Of a DNA stretch of 64,000 nt, positions 1 to 12,282 are shown one piece after another. This stretch comes from Epithemia pelagica (Eukaryota; Protista; Bacillariophyta). Under the pieces are notes generated by a model, which did not search any database, was not told the DNA's origin, and saw only the letters and a program-made list of their open reading frames with translations. Each line of letters starts with the position of its first letter. The first letter of the stretch is position 1. A program made the position numbers and the translations under genes. The DNA lies in NCBI GenBank assembly GCA_946965045.2, contig OX337236.1:62001-126000 (forward strand), read 5' to 3'.

Positions 1-1342
1 GCGACAGTTGAGGATTTGTGCGAATGTCGTAGGTCATGCGTTCCATCATGCAATGGCAAGGAAAGCATTCAACGTCGGAACGGATATGGTATTGGTGACT
101 TCGTTTGAGGAGTCGTTTCTCGGTTCCTTACGGCCAGATGATTTAGCGCACCCTGATTCCAAGAGCTAACCAGACAAAAGTGACAAAACGAAACTGGAAA
201 TCAAGGATAGTTCAGCGATTACCCAACGGAACAGAAAGCAAACAGGAGAACACCAGGAAATTGAGGGCGAATCCGAAACGGCACATCAAGACTCGAAAGT
301 AGCCGCGGTCCTGTTGTCGCAGTCGCAATCTCCGCCCCACATGAAGAAATCTCAACCGCTCCGAGTCTCCAACTAGCCCTCGCATTCCGAGCAACTTGGA
401 ATCTGCTTTCGAAACGTAGAGCTTTCGCTCAATCGAGTTATAACGTTCAACTCGATTGAGCCAAAGCTCTACGTTTCGCAACAAGATTACAAGGCTCACG
501 AGCTTGTCAAGCTTGTGTATACAGCGTTGAAGATCTCCAAGCAGGCCTACCAAAAATTTGAACAGAAAACCTACAAACTCCATCTGGGCAAAAGGTACTA
601 TTTCTCCAGAGCACTGTCTATCTGTGGCAGTGATGGTGAGGGGCTTTGGGGTCCACTGGAGGCGACCATTGGCAACCCTAGCCATGTTCCAGTGAAGAAT
701 CCACCTCGAGACGGAGACGGGACTGCCATCTTATCCAACGACGGGGTGTATTTTGTGATTGGAATCCTCGGCCAAGGAAGCAAATCCAACACCTTTCAGG
801 CGCTGGATCAGTTGGGAAAACTGGTTGCGATCAAAGTCATGAACGGCGAGGACGACGACGAAACCGAAACCGCCGCTCGTCAAGAGAAGGAAAATCTAGA
901 GAAATGCTACGCCTTTTTGGAAGGACGAGTCCAACAAATCAAAATGTGTGGTTACCATGCCGTCGTCATGCCAATGTTTGATCCCATTCCCAACGACGAT
1001 CGATCGAAGCGATTGGAGGATGTTCGAACGGCTCTCACGAATATGAAGGACAGGATCGGCAAACTGTACCATACATGGGATGCTCGATGGTGCCATGTTG
1101 GAATTTTCAAAGAAAACGGGAAAGAACATTTGGTGTTGCTTGATCTCGCTGACTTGCAAGACTTGCATGAGTGCAGTGATACTGACGACTCCGATACCGA
1201 GACAAAAAGTGAGGGCTCAACGACCAAAGAGATGATGGACCATGTCCAGAAACTATACGATAGTTTCACTCGACGATGCTCGGAACACCGTCCCACAAAC
1301 ACACCAACATTTTTCAGCGAACCCATCCCGAAAGTCGGGTAG
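1..1342 (+). pseudogene. Protein-kinase-like gene, 5' end outside window, interrupted by two in-frame stops (TAA 167-169, TAG 374-376)
   Basis: Frame +2 runs from position 2 into ORF 515-1342 with no frameshift, broken only by the two stops. The distal part has kinase-fold motifs: GILGQGSKS (Gly loop), VAIK (catalytic Lys), YHTWDARWCHVG (catalytic-loop-like) and LLDLAD (DFG equivalent). Confidence 0.6.
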
Positions 1343-1640
1343 TTATTCTACTCCGCCCATTGGAACATGTCGATCCGATGCTATTTGTCATGCATTTTAT
1401 GCGTGGCCAATCGTCCTAACGCTCTGTCTCTACGTATCTCCATCGAGAGAGGAGCATCGTTGCGTTTCTCAAGGATCGAATGCTATCTATACAAATCTGC
1501 TCTCTAAGCTATAGATGAATGTAGTCGAGACTCGAATCATATCCAATAGAACGATGGGAACGAGAGAATTGAGCAGATCTATAGGATACAAACTAGAATA
1601 CGATAGAGAGAGAGATGGATGGACACAAAGGCCAACAATT

Positions 1641-3332
1641 CTATTCCGTTCCTGCACAACACTCACAGGGTTCCCCATTTGTCGTTTCGTTGCTTTGCTT
1701 TCCGTCATGGTCCTGGGCCAACCGCAGTGTCTCTTCTTGTCGTTTTGTTTGTGGTTGTGCTGGTTGTTGCTGCATGACATGTCGAATCCAGGCCACGGTA
1801 AATTCCATGGATTGTCGTCCTTCGGGAATCCAGGCATTGAAAAACGAAAAGACATGACACATGTACTTCCAACATCCAACCGTGACGGGGACGCCTTGGT
1901 GGCGGGCCTTGTTGATCAAGGCGACCGTCATGTCAAAGACGGCTTCATGGGCCGATGTCACGACACAAAGGGGTGGCAATCCCTCCATACTGCGATGGAC
2001 GGGAGAATAGGACTGTCGTTGTCCTTGGGGACAATGAGTATCCAAATAGGGCAATCCGCACTCCAAGACGGGTCGATTGACAATCAAATCGTGCTCGACA
2101 TAGTGCAAGAGCGACCCCTTGGGAGTGGTAAAGTCACAAAAGGGACCCAACAAGACGGCACCGGCGGGTACGGTCAACCCGGACACGACCACGTCCATGT
2201 ACGAGGGCAACAAGGCTTCCCCCCGACCATGTTCGCCAATGTATTGCATCAAGCGGGTACAGAGGGCGCCCCCGGACGAAATGCCCAACAATACAATTTT
2301 GTGGGGATTGCGGCGCTGACACAACCATCGGTAGGCGAGACAAATATCCCAATACATGTCGTCGATGCAATATTCCGGAGCCAAGCGGTATTCACAAACA
2401 AAGACATCCATATCATGACAGCGTTGCGAGACCCAATCGGCCTTGCCGGTATTGCCCGCGACATCGCCCGCCAAAAAGGCACCGCCATAGACCCACATCA
2501 AGGTCCAACCGTCCGTGTTCGTGTTGGTGTTCTTGCTGTTATTTGTGTGTTGTTGTCCTTGCAACCACAATCCCTTGACGGTCAAAAAGTCTTGTTGTTG
2601 GGGAGGAATGCGAAGGGGATCCAAGTCGGTCACGGGTTCGTGAATCACGGTAAGGCGGTGTGGATCGACGGGGTCATCAAACACATTGAGTTGAGACAAG
2701 GAAAAGCGCATGCGGGGGACTGTTACCGGAAACAATCGTCCCCACCACAAGACAGTCGACAAGGCATGATATTCCAGTGACGCGTGGGGATGAATGCCCG
2801 TGCGAGTGCCCAAGAAGCGTCGGTGCAAGGGAAAATACAACTTCCAGGCCACATGTGACAAGTTCCGACGCCACGCCAAGGGAACTTGATTCCAGCCCCA
2901 AAAGGCCAATCGTTCCCACCATTCAATCAAGATGGAATTCAAAAATTTGAGAATCCACAACAAGATCTTGTTTTCGGGGGAAATCCACGTTTGACCGAGA
3001 TTGAGATTGAGCGATTGATTCACTTGTTCGGCACAGGGAGGTGTGGTGGTCAACAATGGTTCGTTGCTGTCGTTGTTGTTGGTGTCATTGTTTGTGGTGT
3101 GGCCTGTCGTTGGTGTATCCGTAGTGCTGCTGGGCATGACAAAGGGGCCCATGGATCCGCACTTGACAAAGGCGGGTCGTCGTGGTGACGACTTGTCGTT
3201 GTTGTCCTTGTTGTCGTGGTTGCCATGAATGACGACGGTCGAGGTATCCGAAATGGAATGCCCCGCGAGCACGTCTGCGCCAATCACGTCGTCCAAAGGG
3301 TCCTTTTTACTGTTGTTACTGTGGAAACTCAT
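1641..3332 (-). CDS. Alpha/beta hydrolase (HSL-family esterase/lipase), 563 aa
   Basis: WVYGGAF oxyanion motif (HGGG-like), EYRLAPE, GISSGG nucleophile elbow, HEAVFD and YMCHVF (catalytic acid and His). Confidence 0.9.
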   Translation of the reverse strand: MSFHSNNSKKDPLDDVIGADVLAGHSISDTSTVVIHGNHDNKDNNDKSSPRRPAFVKCGSMGPFVMPSSTTDTPTTGHTTNNDTNNNDSNEPLLTTTPPCAEQVNQSLNLNLGQTWISPENKILLWILKFLNSILIEWWERLAFWGWNQVPLAWRRNLSHVAWKLYFPLHRRFLGTRTGIHPHASLEYHALSTVLWWGRLFPVTVPRMRFSLSQLNVFDDPVDPHRLTVIHEPVTDLDPLRIPPQQQDFLTVKGLWLQGQQHTNNSKNTNTNTDGWTLMWVYGGAFLAGDVAGNTGKADWVSQRCHDMDVFVCEYRLAPEYCIDDMYWDICLAYRWLCQRRNPHKIVLLGISSGGALCTRLMQYIGEHGRGEALLPSYMDVVVSGLTVPAGAVLLGPFCDFTTPKGSLLHYVEHDLIVNRPVLECGLPYLDTHCPQGQRQSYSPVHRSMEGLPPLCVVTSAHEAVFDMTVALINKARHQGVPVTVGCWKYMCHVFSFFNAWIPEGRQSMEFTVAWIRHVMQQQPAQPQTKRQEETLRLAQDHDGKQSNETTNGEPCECCAGTE

Positions 3333-3643
3333 GACCAGAAACGTTCACTGCTTCGTATGATAGACCGCTATTCCAAACTCAGACCCAAACCACAATCGTT
3401 TGGAGAGGGAACACGACAGACAACAAAAGGCTCTCTTTTTGCTCTCGTCGTCGTTGTCGTGGGTTCTTTTCTTCTTCTACTGTGAGTGAGACGGCGATGA
3501 TGGCAAGATATGGGACATCATCGTCGTCGCGCACCACACAATTTTGGTGCGCGACGACAACGACACATCATCGAGTTCATCAAATCGCTTCTGGATCGCC
3601 TTTAGGGACTCGTCAAGCCACAGCGATGGAGAATGGAGAATAA

Positions 3644-4132
3644 GGCCGTTCCTTGATATTCTGCAAAAACAAAAATCGACACATGACATCACCTTTTTGT
3701 AGACAATTGCGCGACACGCCGTCCTTTGGCATTTACAAAACCAAAACCTATAACCGCACTTTTTCCCCCAAGGCCCCCAATAGTCCCCATATTCACTTCG
3801 ATGATTTGAATACTACAATTATCAAAGTAAGACATTAGGAGGACGTTCCGTCTTCCTCTTCATTGAGGTTAGGGGGACCGTTGGAGTCGAACGCGCGCCG
3901 TTCAAATCCTAAACCGTCATTTTTGTTTCTGTAGGGCCCAATGTACACTAGCAAGAAGAAAGCACTATCCCTAATGTCTGTTCAGCTTTTGCCGGCCTGC
4001 AAAAGTTGGACCCAACTTTTGCAGCCTCAAAAGCTGAAACAGCGTCGAACCCGGATTTGACGCCATATTTCCGGGTTTTTTGTGACGTGTCACCCTCCAA
4101 CTTTTGTTTTTGCAGAATATCAAGGAACGGCC
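3644..4132. mobile_element. Non-autonomous DNA transposon (MITE), PIF/Harbinger (Tourist-like), 489 bp
   Basis: Perfect 31-bp terminal inverted repeats GGCCGTTCCTTGATATTCTGCAAAAACAAAA (3644-3674 and 4102-4132). TAA lies on both sides (3641-3643, 4133-4135). No transposase ORF inside. Confidence 0.85.
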
Positions 4133-6366
4133 TAAGCATCATGGAGCATGGAGATGTGTTTCACGTGACAGTTGTTCTTCTACCATTCCTAGGAGTACGA
4201 GAGAAGGATATAGGGATCTAGGGTGGCATCTATTATGGAGACTTGGCCCCGAGCTCAGTGCACACTCTAGAGAGGGTAAATTGGTAAGTATTGTATTCGT
4301 TGTGCAAAGACTGTTGAAAGGGATAGATATGGTAGTAAATCGAGCTACCATAGCTACCTCACCCTAGCTAGATAATTGCGTTCTCGTTTTCTCTCTCCTA
4401 CTCTTAACGTTTGGCTTCCTGATTGGGATGGGAGTTGGAACGGCCTCGTTTGGGGCATCGTTACCGGGAGCAGGAGAGGCAATGGAACACACGCTCTCGG
4501 AAACAGAGCACTGGTGGTGAGGACTATGGTAGAGGACGAGCACACGAGGTTGGAGGGGAGGAGCGCGTTGTAGAATGTTGCGTTTGTCGCGACATGGTTT
4601 GGATCGGGCATGACCACAGACACGATCGGTAGATGGGGTGCGCGTCTTGGTTCCCAATGGTGGTTACCTTGAGAAGGAGAGAAGCCTTGGAGGGCAAAGA
4701 AGCAACGAGACACATTCCCCATAGTTGCATATGGCGCAGCGACACAACATCCCGCAGGCGCTTTTCGTTGGCCATTGGCGACAGACAACAGAGACAGTTT
4801 CATCCGGACTCGTGACGCGCCGACAATGAACGCTTCGTGATTCGTGATGGAGTCGATTTGGCGAGGATGAGTGACGAACGTCAAAGGACATTCCAAAGAG
4901 AAAAGAGAGCCTGTCTCTTCTCTCTACAATACGCGCAAGATTCAGGAGCGAGAGAGAAGCGTGGAGGAGCGTGTGGAGGAATGACGCGTTTGTGGATGCA
5001 GGTGTTCCACCGGTTGCTTCTCCGTGTCTTTGACGATTGAGATGTATCATCATGGTGGATGGTGGTGTGTCTTTTGGTACAGGTTGATGAGAAAGAGACA
5101 CCCACACACACAAGCTGGTACCCATCAGAGACCAAAAAGATCTCAAATCGCAAAAAGCAAAAAGTAAAAAGTGCCGTCAAGTTCAATTGATCTTTGGCGT
5201 TGGTAGATGATAGTGTAGTGGTGAGTCGTACGACGGTCCAATCAAACCTCGCCGCAAAAGTGCAAAGTGCAGTCAAGGAAGGTGGAAGTTGCAGTTCCGG
5301 ATCCAGTGCCATCTGCTGAAACGAGAACACGTGGGTGAACGCCGACCCACGTGTGCGACGTGGATTCGATCAAAGACACGGCGACAGAGAAGCAAACCAT
5401 TGTAGGCTTGCCCCACCAATGCACTAACTCGATCATAGTCGTACTATTTCTTTCATAGTCAATACTATACATTGGGGTGTGTGTGTCACCCATCACGGAC
5501 AAAGCCATCACAACGCATCCGAATCCAACCTCCAAAATTTATCTATGTTCACACAGCACGCAACATCACATCAGATCGTCGAGCACATCATCCTATCTAC
5601 TTGGCAAGATCCACCGATTGGCAACCGCATCTTGAGTTCTGTTGGACGACGACAATAAGACTCTCTACTACTACGAGAAACGACATGTAAGTGAATGTCT
5701 CTGTTCGTTGGTTCGAATGACTTGGGAGCGTGAGTCCTGCGCCTCGGTCCATCACGATCAACTCGTGTTTTCGTGAGAAGCTGCCCGGTCGAATCCAGGT
5801 CGCATCTCGTCGTGGCGTTGCGTCCAAGAAGGATCGTTGCTTGCTCCGGAACCATTCTGGAGAGGAAGTATCATCCCGTGCTGGTTGCACTTCTTAGATT
5901 CCATGGTGATGCACTGCGCCTGCTCCAACAACATGCCTGTTTGAGAGACCCAGGTGGATTCGATTGGGTGATGGATGGGTGTGTCATTGGTTCCATCCCC
6001 CCCTTCATAACAACCGGCATTTGGGTTTGGACCAATCGGAGCAATCTCCGGGTCCTTTTGAGAGGGTCGGAGGTTGTCGACGTCAACGAATGGCGTGCTG
6101 TGATTGGCCGAAATCATCTGGTGCGCGGCACTGTCAGGTTCGCCTCGTGCCCGGTCACCCTGTGGTTCCGATTGCTGTCGCAGAAGACAAGCGAAGGGGA
6201 ATAACTCACCCATCAACTGCTTCCTTCTTCTTCCTTCTTTGTCACAGTCAGTCAGTTTGTGCCCCGTCTAATTTTCTATCACTGATTTGATACTGCACTT
6301 GTACTGCAACAGACATCAAAACCACAACAAGGAATCCTTTTCCCATCAACAACCGAATAGTACACC

Positions 6367-7593
6367 ATGACGGTCCAAGAGACAGCGGCCAAGCTCCTTG
6401 AAGAATACACTCGCATTGCTCCCATGCCCTCCGAGCAACGGCGTCGGAGCTCGACGGCGAGTAGCAACGGCAGCAACCATGCCAACAACGCTAGCACTAG
6501 CAAATCCAAACGCAAATCCACGGGTTTGCCGCAAGAAACGGTGGAATACCTCAAGAACTGGATGATGTCACCCGAACACATTGCCCATCCGTATCCGACG
6601 GAACAAGAAAAGGCCTTTATCATGAAGGAAACGGGCATTGAACTCAAGCAATTGACCAATTGGTTTGTCAACAATCGCAAGCGCTATTGGAAACCACGAG
6701 TCGAAGCTCGTTTGCAACAACAGCAGCAAGCGACGACGGGAAGCAGCAGCAGCAGCAAGGTACAGTCTCCATTGGCCGCCCGAGTCGACGACGAGGACAA
6801 GAATCCAGTCTTGGTCACACCCACTAGACGATCCGAATTGATTCATGTCGTGTCCACCCCCAATGTGACGGCCACTTTGCAAAAGGTGCAAGACCTGGTA
6901 GTGGTGGATCAACATGCACAAGAAGAAGAAGAAACGGGTGCGTGTCCCGTCGTGACGGAAAGTTCGGGATCGTCGTCCGAAAGCGAATCGGTGGGCTTGA
7001 ATTACGATGCCCTGGATGATGGCTCTTCGGCCCAGAGCAAGGAAGAGGAACATGCTACCACGACAACAAGGACAGTGTCGGCCATGCCCCTCTTGGAGGC
7101 AGCCACCACGATTCCGTTTCCACACGACGAATCTGCACCCCAAGACGATGCACCACCACCACAAGATGTGGAAACCTTCTCGAGAACGGTACGTCACTCC
7201 AGTTGCTGTTTATTGTTATATAGTCTCTTTTTTTGCAAATCGTGCGTAGACTCACCACTGTCTTTTCTTTTGGTTGTTTTTCAGAACACGGAACCAGCCG
7301 ACAGTGGAATGGAATCGGATTCCCTGGGGGAACCTGAAGCGCGAGCCAGGAGGTCCACGAACAAGAGGCGCCATGCTCGGACCACCACACGAAGAAGGAC
7401 CACTATCACCGGCCAACAAGAAGAGGAAGACGACGAGGCCCGATCGATGGATGCCATTTTGGCGCCTCGCCCCAAGTATCGACGGACCAGTCTTCATGTC
7501 TGGAAGGAGGCCTGCGAAACGGCTCCCAATGGCTATTATTGCCGTACCTTGCCCACCCTCGATGAAGCTGCTCGATTGTTTGGCTTTGCCTGA
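6367..7593 (+). CDS. TALE-class homeobox transcription factor (exons 6367-7188, 7285-7593; about 376 aa)
   Basis: LKNWMMSPEHIAHPYPTEQEK...QLTNWFVNNRKRYWK has the PYP three-residue loop extension and the WFxNxR helix 3. Intron GTACGT..TTTCAG 7189-7284 is 96 nt, phase 0. Confidence 0.9.
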   Translation: MTVQETAAKLLEEYTRIAPMPSEQRRRSSTASSNGSNHANNASTSKSKRKSTGLPQETVEYLKNWMMSPEHIAHPYPTEQEKAFIMKETGIELKQLTNWFVNNRKRYWKPRVEARLQQQQQATTGSSSSSKVQSPLAARVDDEDKNPVLVTPTRRSELIHVVSTPNVTATLQKVQDLVVVDQHAQEEEETGACPVVTESSGSSSESESVGLNYDALDDGSSAQSKEEEHATTTTRTVSAMPLLEAATTIPFPHDESAPQDDAPPPQDVETFSRTVRHSSCCLLLYSLFFCKSCVDSPLSFLLVVFQNTEPADSGMESDSLGEPEARARRSTNKRRHARTTTRRRTTITGQQEEEDDEARSMDAILAPRPKYRRTSLHVWKEACETAPNGYYCRTLPTLDEAARLFGFA

Positions 7594-8823
7594 ACCCTCT
7601 TTCTGGGTTCGAGATATTTCACACATGATGCACTCTCTTTTACACCCTGGGGACACACATGCGTTTGCTCATTTCCTCCATGCCACACTCGAACACGTTT
7701 TCTGGAATCTTCAAGTCTGGTGGGGACTGGCATTTGAACTACAACAGAAAACCCTTCACACCTTCTTGCGCGCGCAAACGCAGTGATATTCACAAACAAC
7801 AACAACAACAACATGACTACGCCAAGAGACGACGATAGGTTGCCCACCTATACGACCTACTAGACCGGGCAGGTCGTCACTTCAAGTCCATCACCACCAC
7901 TATCAGAACATGCAAGCAAGCAAGCAACACACGGCGAAACCATCCTCTTGCCGCAGGCTAGTACCATTCTCTCGCTCTCTCGCGCCCAAAGGAGACCTCC
8001 AACACTAGACACGAGTGGCGGTGCCCATCCACGACAACAACCATTGCATCCCAAACGGGAAACCAGCCCTGTAGGATATTTGTGTATCCATTATACTACG
8101 TTTGCTACCGCTGCCAGCCGCTATCAGTTTCCCCATTCAGTTTTGCAGCCAGCTAGCCAGCCAACCTCATGTCATTTGGAATCACAGTAGTAGTAGAAAT
8201 TTCACGTGCACCACGAACTGGATGCAACCGTATAATCTAATCGAACCATTCGTCCTCGTGAAGAACCATTCTATACTTGCTCTTTTTCACCAAGGAGGGA
8301 ACACACTTGGGGGGAGTCTACCAGTATATGGACCTTGTTGGTTTTGATTGGCAAGTTGCGTTTGATGCTTGCCCACAACCTAGCGGAGCTCCCTCCATCC
8401 ACGTGATGTTGTTGTTGCCTGCCGAGTATCTTGATTTCGTACGTTTGTGGTTTGTGGCACACATCAAAATTGGCTAGTGTGTGGGCGTCTGATTCTGATG
8501 TAGCAGTGTGATGGCGGCTGTTTCACCAAGCAGGTTGTTCAAACTGCGTCGAATACACGAACTAATACGAGTAGGAATGGACGGCTGTGTGAGGTGCTCA
8601 CTCCACACTCTACAGCACTATACATGGTGCCACTCAAACGTCCCAGCCAACAGTGACATTCGTCATAGGTCGTTGTTGCGCATAATTCTCCTTCCATTCG
8701 TAGGTCGCTGTTGTTACGCAATTCTCTCCTTCAAAAGGCTCTCATGTGTGGGCGACGACAACTCTCACGGTTCATCCGTTCGACACACACACATCCCTCT
8801 ATCTATTTGCGAGCTAGTAGCCA

Positions 8824-9768
8824 TTAGCCTCCAAATCCCGAAAAGCCCATGAGGGCAGCCAGATTGGGATCAACGGCCGCTGTTGGCTCTTCCTCTTCCT
8901 CCTCCTTCTCGACTGCTGGAGTGTTGTTGTTGTTGTTGCTGTTTGTCGTGACTGGTGGTTCGGCCACAATCTCTTTCGTGGATTGGGAGGAGCATGGAGT
9001 TGTCTGTGGATTGTCCTTTGGGTCGACGTGTCCTGCGGCTGCGGCTGCGGCCGCCTTGCGTTGCTTGCGTCGTTGACGTCGTTCCTCTCGTTTTCGACGG
9101 AGCGCTTCATCCTTGGCCTGTACCATGTCGTGAAAATCCTCCACCTGTTCCAACGCGGAATGTTGTTCTTCGCGTTTCTTGGCTTGCAGAGCTTGCAAGG
9201 TGCTTTGCAAATCGTCTTGCGTGGATCGTTGCACTTGCATGGAATAGCCGAGTTTGCGTTGATGTTTCCGACCATTGATATGATCCAAATAGGTGTGAGA
9301 ATCCTTGAGAAAACAATCGCACACTTTGCAATGCCAGCCCACGCCCGTCTTGACCACGCCCGCCTTGAGGTCGGTATTGTTGTCCTTCTGACTCTTGTTG
9401 GTTGCCGCGGCTTCGATTGAGACAAATTCCGTTTGACCAATGCGGGAATCGAGATCGGCCACGGGACGTTGCCGGGCCTGCAAAAAGGCTCGATCCGATC
9501 CTTCCGGACCCAGGGCTCCTCGGGGGGCCGGACGAAATTCTTCCTTGTCATGGTCCGTATTGTCATGATTCGTTGTATCTGCCGCAGTGTCATTCGGAGG
9601 GTGGTCGGATCGATACTGCCGAGACTGTGCTCGTGCGGGTGCTTCCTGTTGCTGCTCTTGTTGTTGTTGTCGCAGTTGCGCCCGTTTCTCATAGGCTTCC
9701 AAATCCCACGTCCGGCGTTCCACATTGGACACTTTTTTGATCTTGTGGTGGTGTTGCTGCGACGACAT
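8824..9768 (-). CDS. ZMAT2: U4/U6.U5 tri-snRNP matrin-type zinc finger protein (ZMAT2/Snu23), 314 aa
   Basis: N-terminal RRTWD motif and GWHCKVCDCFLKDSHTYLDHINGRKHQRKLG matrin zinc finger, followed by a coiled coil. Confidence 0.9.
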   Translation of the reverse strand: MSSQQHHHKIKKVSNVERRTWDLEAYEKRAQLRQQQQEQQQEAPARAQSRQYRSDHPPNDTAADTTNHDNTDHDKEEFRPAPRGALGPEGSDRAFLQARQRPVADLDSRIGQTEFVSIEAAATNKSQKDNNTDLKAGVVKTGVGWHCKVCDCFLKDSHTYLDHINGRKHQRKLGYSMQVQRSTQDDLQSTLQALQAKKREEQHSALEQVEDFHDMVQAKDEALRRKREERRQRRKQRKAAAAAAAGHVDPKDNPQTTPCSSQSTKEIVAEPPVTTNSNNNNNTPAVEKEEEEEEPTAAVDPNLAALMGFSGFGG

Positions 9769-10171
9769 GATTCGTTTCGTTTGCGCTGGTTCGTCTTGAA
9801 TGTTCTATTCTATAGACACACACATAAGTACGAGAGAGACCATGGTGATTGGTGTGCTGTCCAAAGAATGGTTGCAATCGTTGGGCCCGACATTGGTCCG
9901 GCGGACGGACGACACCACGCGATACAAGAGCGACCCCAAGTCACGGGGTCGCGGATATCCCGACAACACGTACTTCCAAACGCGCAGGCGGATGATTCCG
10001 CCGATGTCCTCTGTGTTGTTGCTTGTTGCACCGAGGTTACTCTTGTTTTTGATCAATTGTGTGTTCCTGGACGTTGTTTTAGTGGTGTGTCCCAAAGAGC
10101 GGCGCAAACTGGAGTGAACGAAGCCAAAGCACAAGAAGCATCCATTCGATTGCTCTTTTTGTTACCGATCC

Positions 10172-12282
10172 ATGAACATGAACATGACAACACTGTCGAG
10201 GGTCGTCTTTGCTCCTGTGCAGCGAACCTTGTTGGCAGGTCGAACGCCCTCCTTTGGATGGTCCTTGTCGAAACGAACTTTTATTGGCACGACGACTTGC
10301 AACATTCCTTACAAGGTGGCCATTGTGGGCAGTGGCCCCTCGGGCTGTTATACGGCCAAATACCTCAAGGCGGCCTGGGACAAACTCGAGTCCAACTCCA
10401 ATTGCCACCAAACGCATGAAATTGACGTCTTGGAACGCTTGCCGACGCCGTACGGCTTGGTCCGCTACGGTGTGGCACCCGATCATCCCGAAGTCAAAAA
10501 TGTGCAAGACGATTTTGATGCCTTGTTTGCCAACAACAACGACAACAGTACTAGCAACAGTACGACCACGATTGACTATGTCGGTCACGTGGAGGTGGGA
10601 CGCGACGTGTCATTGGATACCTTGCGACAACGATACCATGCCGTCGTGGTGGCCACGGGATGTCAATCCGATCGGCGCCTGGGCTTGCCACACGAAGACG
10701 CCTTTGCCAATATTGTGTCGGCACGAGAATTTGTCGCCTGGTACAATGGACATCCCGACTTTGAAGCGGTACGTAGTGTATATTCGATATGGAATACCAA
10801 TGACTGTATACTAGAGAGAGAGAGGATAGAGAGAGATACCATTCCCGACACACGCATTCACGGACCAACAGTACACCTACTACTATATGCATTGGAGCAA
10901 CACCATAAGAGAAGCCAACACGCAGCTGCAACGACTATCAAAGACTCTGTTTATCCGTGCAGGAGTGACCGTTGATGGTGGACACGGTATTTGTTGGTGT
11001 GGTTTGATTCACACAGACTCAACAAGTTTGGTTCTCTCACACGTGCTTTTGCCCCTATTGTTTTTGTTTGTTGGATTGTTTGTCTCTTTTGACTTGTTCT
11101 TGTTGCATCGGTGACGTCTCTCTTGTCCTCTTGTGTGTGTGGTTCGCTGTGGCGGTTCCCAAATGGTCACAGATTGGAGCCAAGGTGGAGGCTGCCTTGC
11201 AAGGAGGACCCAACACTACCAGCAACAACCATGACAACAACCTGTTGAATCGTTCCGTCGTGGTGGTGGGTCATGGCAATGTCGCCTTGGATTGTGCCCG
11301 TGTCTTGGCCAAGGGGGGTACGGGGTTGAAGGATACCGATGTCGCCTCGCACGTCTTGCCCATTTTACAAGGGGGCGTGGGTCACGTGACGGTCGTGGGA
11401 CGCCGCGGTCATGTCCAAGGCGCCTTTACCATTAAAGAAGTCCGAGAATTGCATGCCTTGCAAGCCGAAGGCCATGACGTGTCGTTTCGGGTGCAATCGG
11501 AGGAATTGGACTTGGGCGGGTTGACACCTGCCTCGCAAACAGAATTGGAACAACGGCCCCAACAACGGCTCGACAAACTCTTGCGGCAAGTGGCCAAGGA
11601 CAACCACAACGACAACGACTCGACGACACCCTGCCCACCAAAACGCATTGATTTGCGCTTCTTGACCAATCCCGTATCGTGGGAAGCCGATCCGTCGGAT
11701 GCAACGCGCATTAGTGCCGTGATTTGCGAACGCACAAAATTGGTCGGTCCACCCGGACAGCAACGAGCCGTGGGAACGGGCCAGTTGGAACGCATTCCCG
11801 CCGATTTGGCCTTGCTCAGTATTGGCTACAAGGCCCAAGCCGTGCCCGGACTGGAACCCTATTGGAATGCCGAGACGGGTACCATTCGCCAAACGGGAGG
11901 AGGCGGACGCGTCGCGGCACCCACTTCCGAATTGGGAGGTCTCTATGTTGCTGGCTGGCTGAAACGTGGTCCGTCGGGCATTATTGGAACCAACATTCCC
12001 GATGCCAAGGAAACCGTGGCGGCCATTTTGCACGACTTGCAGCAACAACAACAGGAGGACGAGGATACCGCAATGAACGAACGACCCGGATCCATCGCCA
12101 CCCTCTTGCACGAACGGGGCATTCCTATTGTTTCCTGGGAGGCCTATCAACGCATTCATGCCAAGGAAACGGCACCCGATCACAAACGAAGTCCCCATCA
12201 ACCCCGAGAAAAGATTACCAATCTACAAAAACAACTCGAAACGGCCCTGTCTCCACAAACACCACCAAACGAAGAAGAATAA
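10172..12282 (+). CDS. FDXR: Mitochondrial NADPH:adrenodoxin (ferredoxin) oxidoreductase (exons 10172-10768, 11173-12282; about 568 aa)
   Basis: VAIVGSGPSG FAD motif, PYGLVRYGVAPDHPEVK, WYNGHPD, VVGHGNVALDCAR NADP motif and GWLKRGPSGIIGTN. Arg/Ser/Thr-rich N-terminal presequence. Intron GTACGT..CACAG 10769-11172 is 404 nt, phase 0. Confidence 0.93.

Noticed and set aside
167-376. Non-standard genetic code (TAA/TAG read as Gln)
   Set aside because: Conserved genes in the window end normally at TAA (FDXR) and TAG (RLP24).
4354-6216. Minus-strand ORFs 4354-4896, 4881-5330 and 5758-6216
   Set aside because: No recognisable motif or convincing splice model. 5758-6216 could be a real exon but I cannot support it.
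9800-10134. Short ORFs between divergent ZMAT2 and FDXR
   Set aside because: They fill a 403-bp bidirectional promoter and 5' UTR space and show no recognisable homology.
10963-10986. Possible 24-nt poison exon within the FDXR intron (AG|GAGTGA...ACG|GTATTT)
   Set aside because: Such splice-like pairs arise easily by chance, and there is no supporting evidence.
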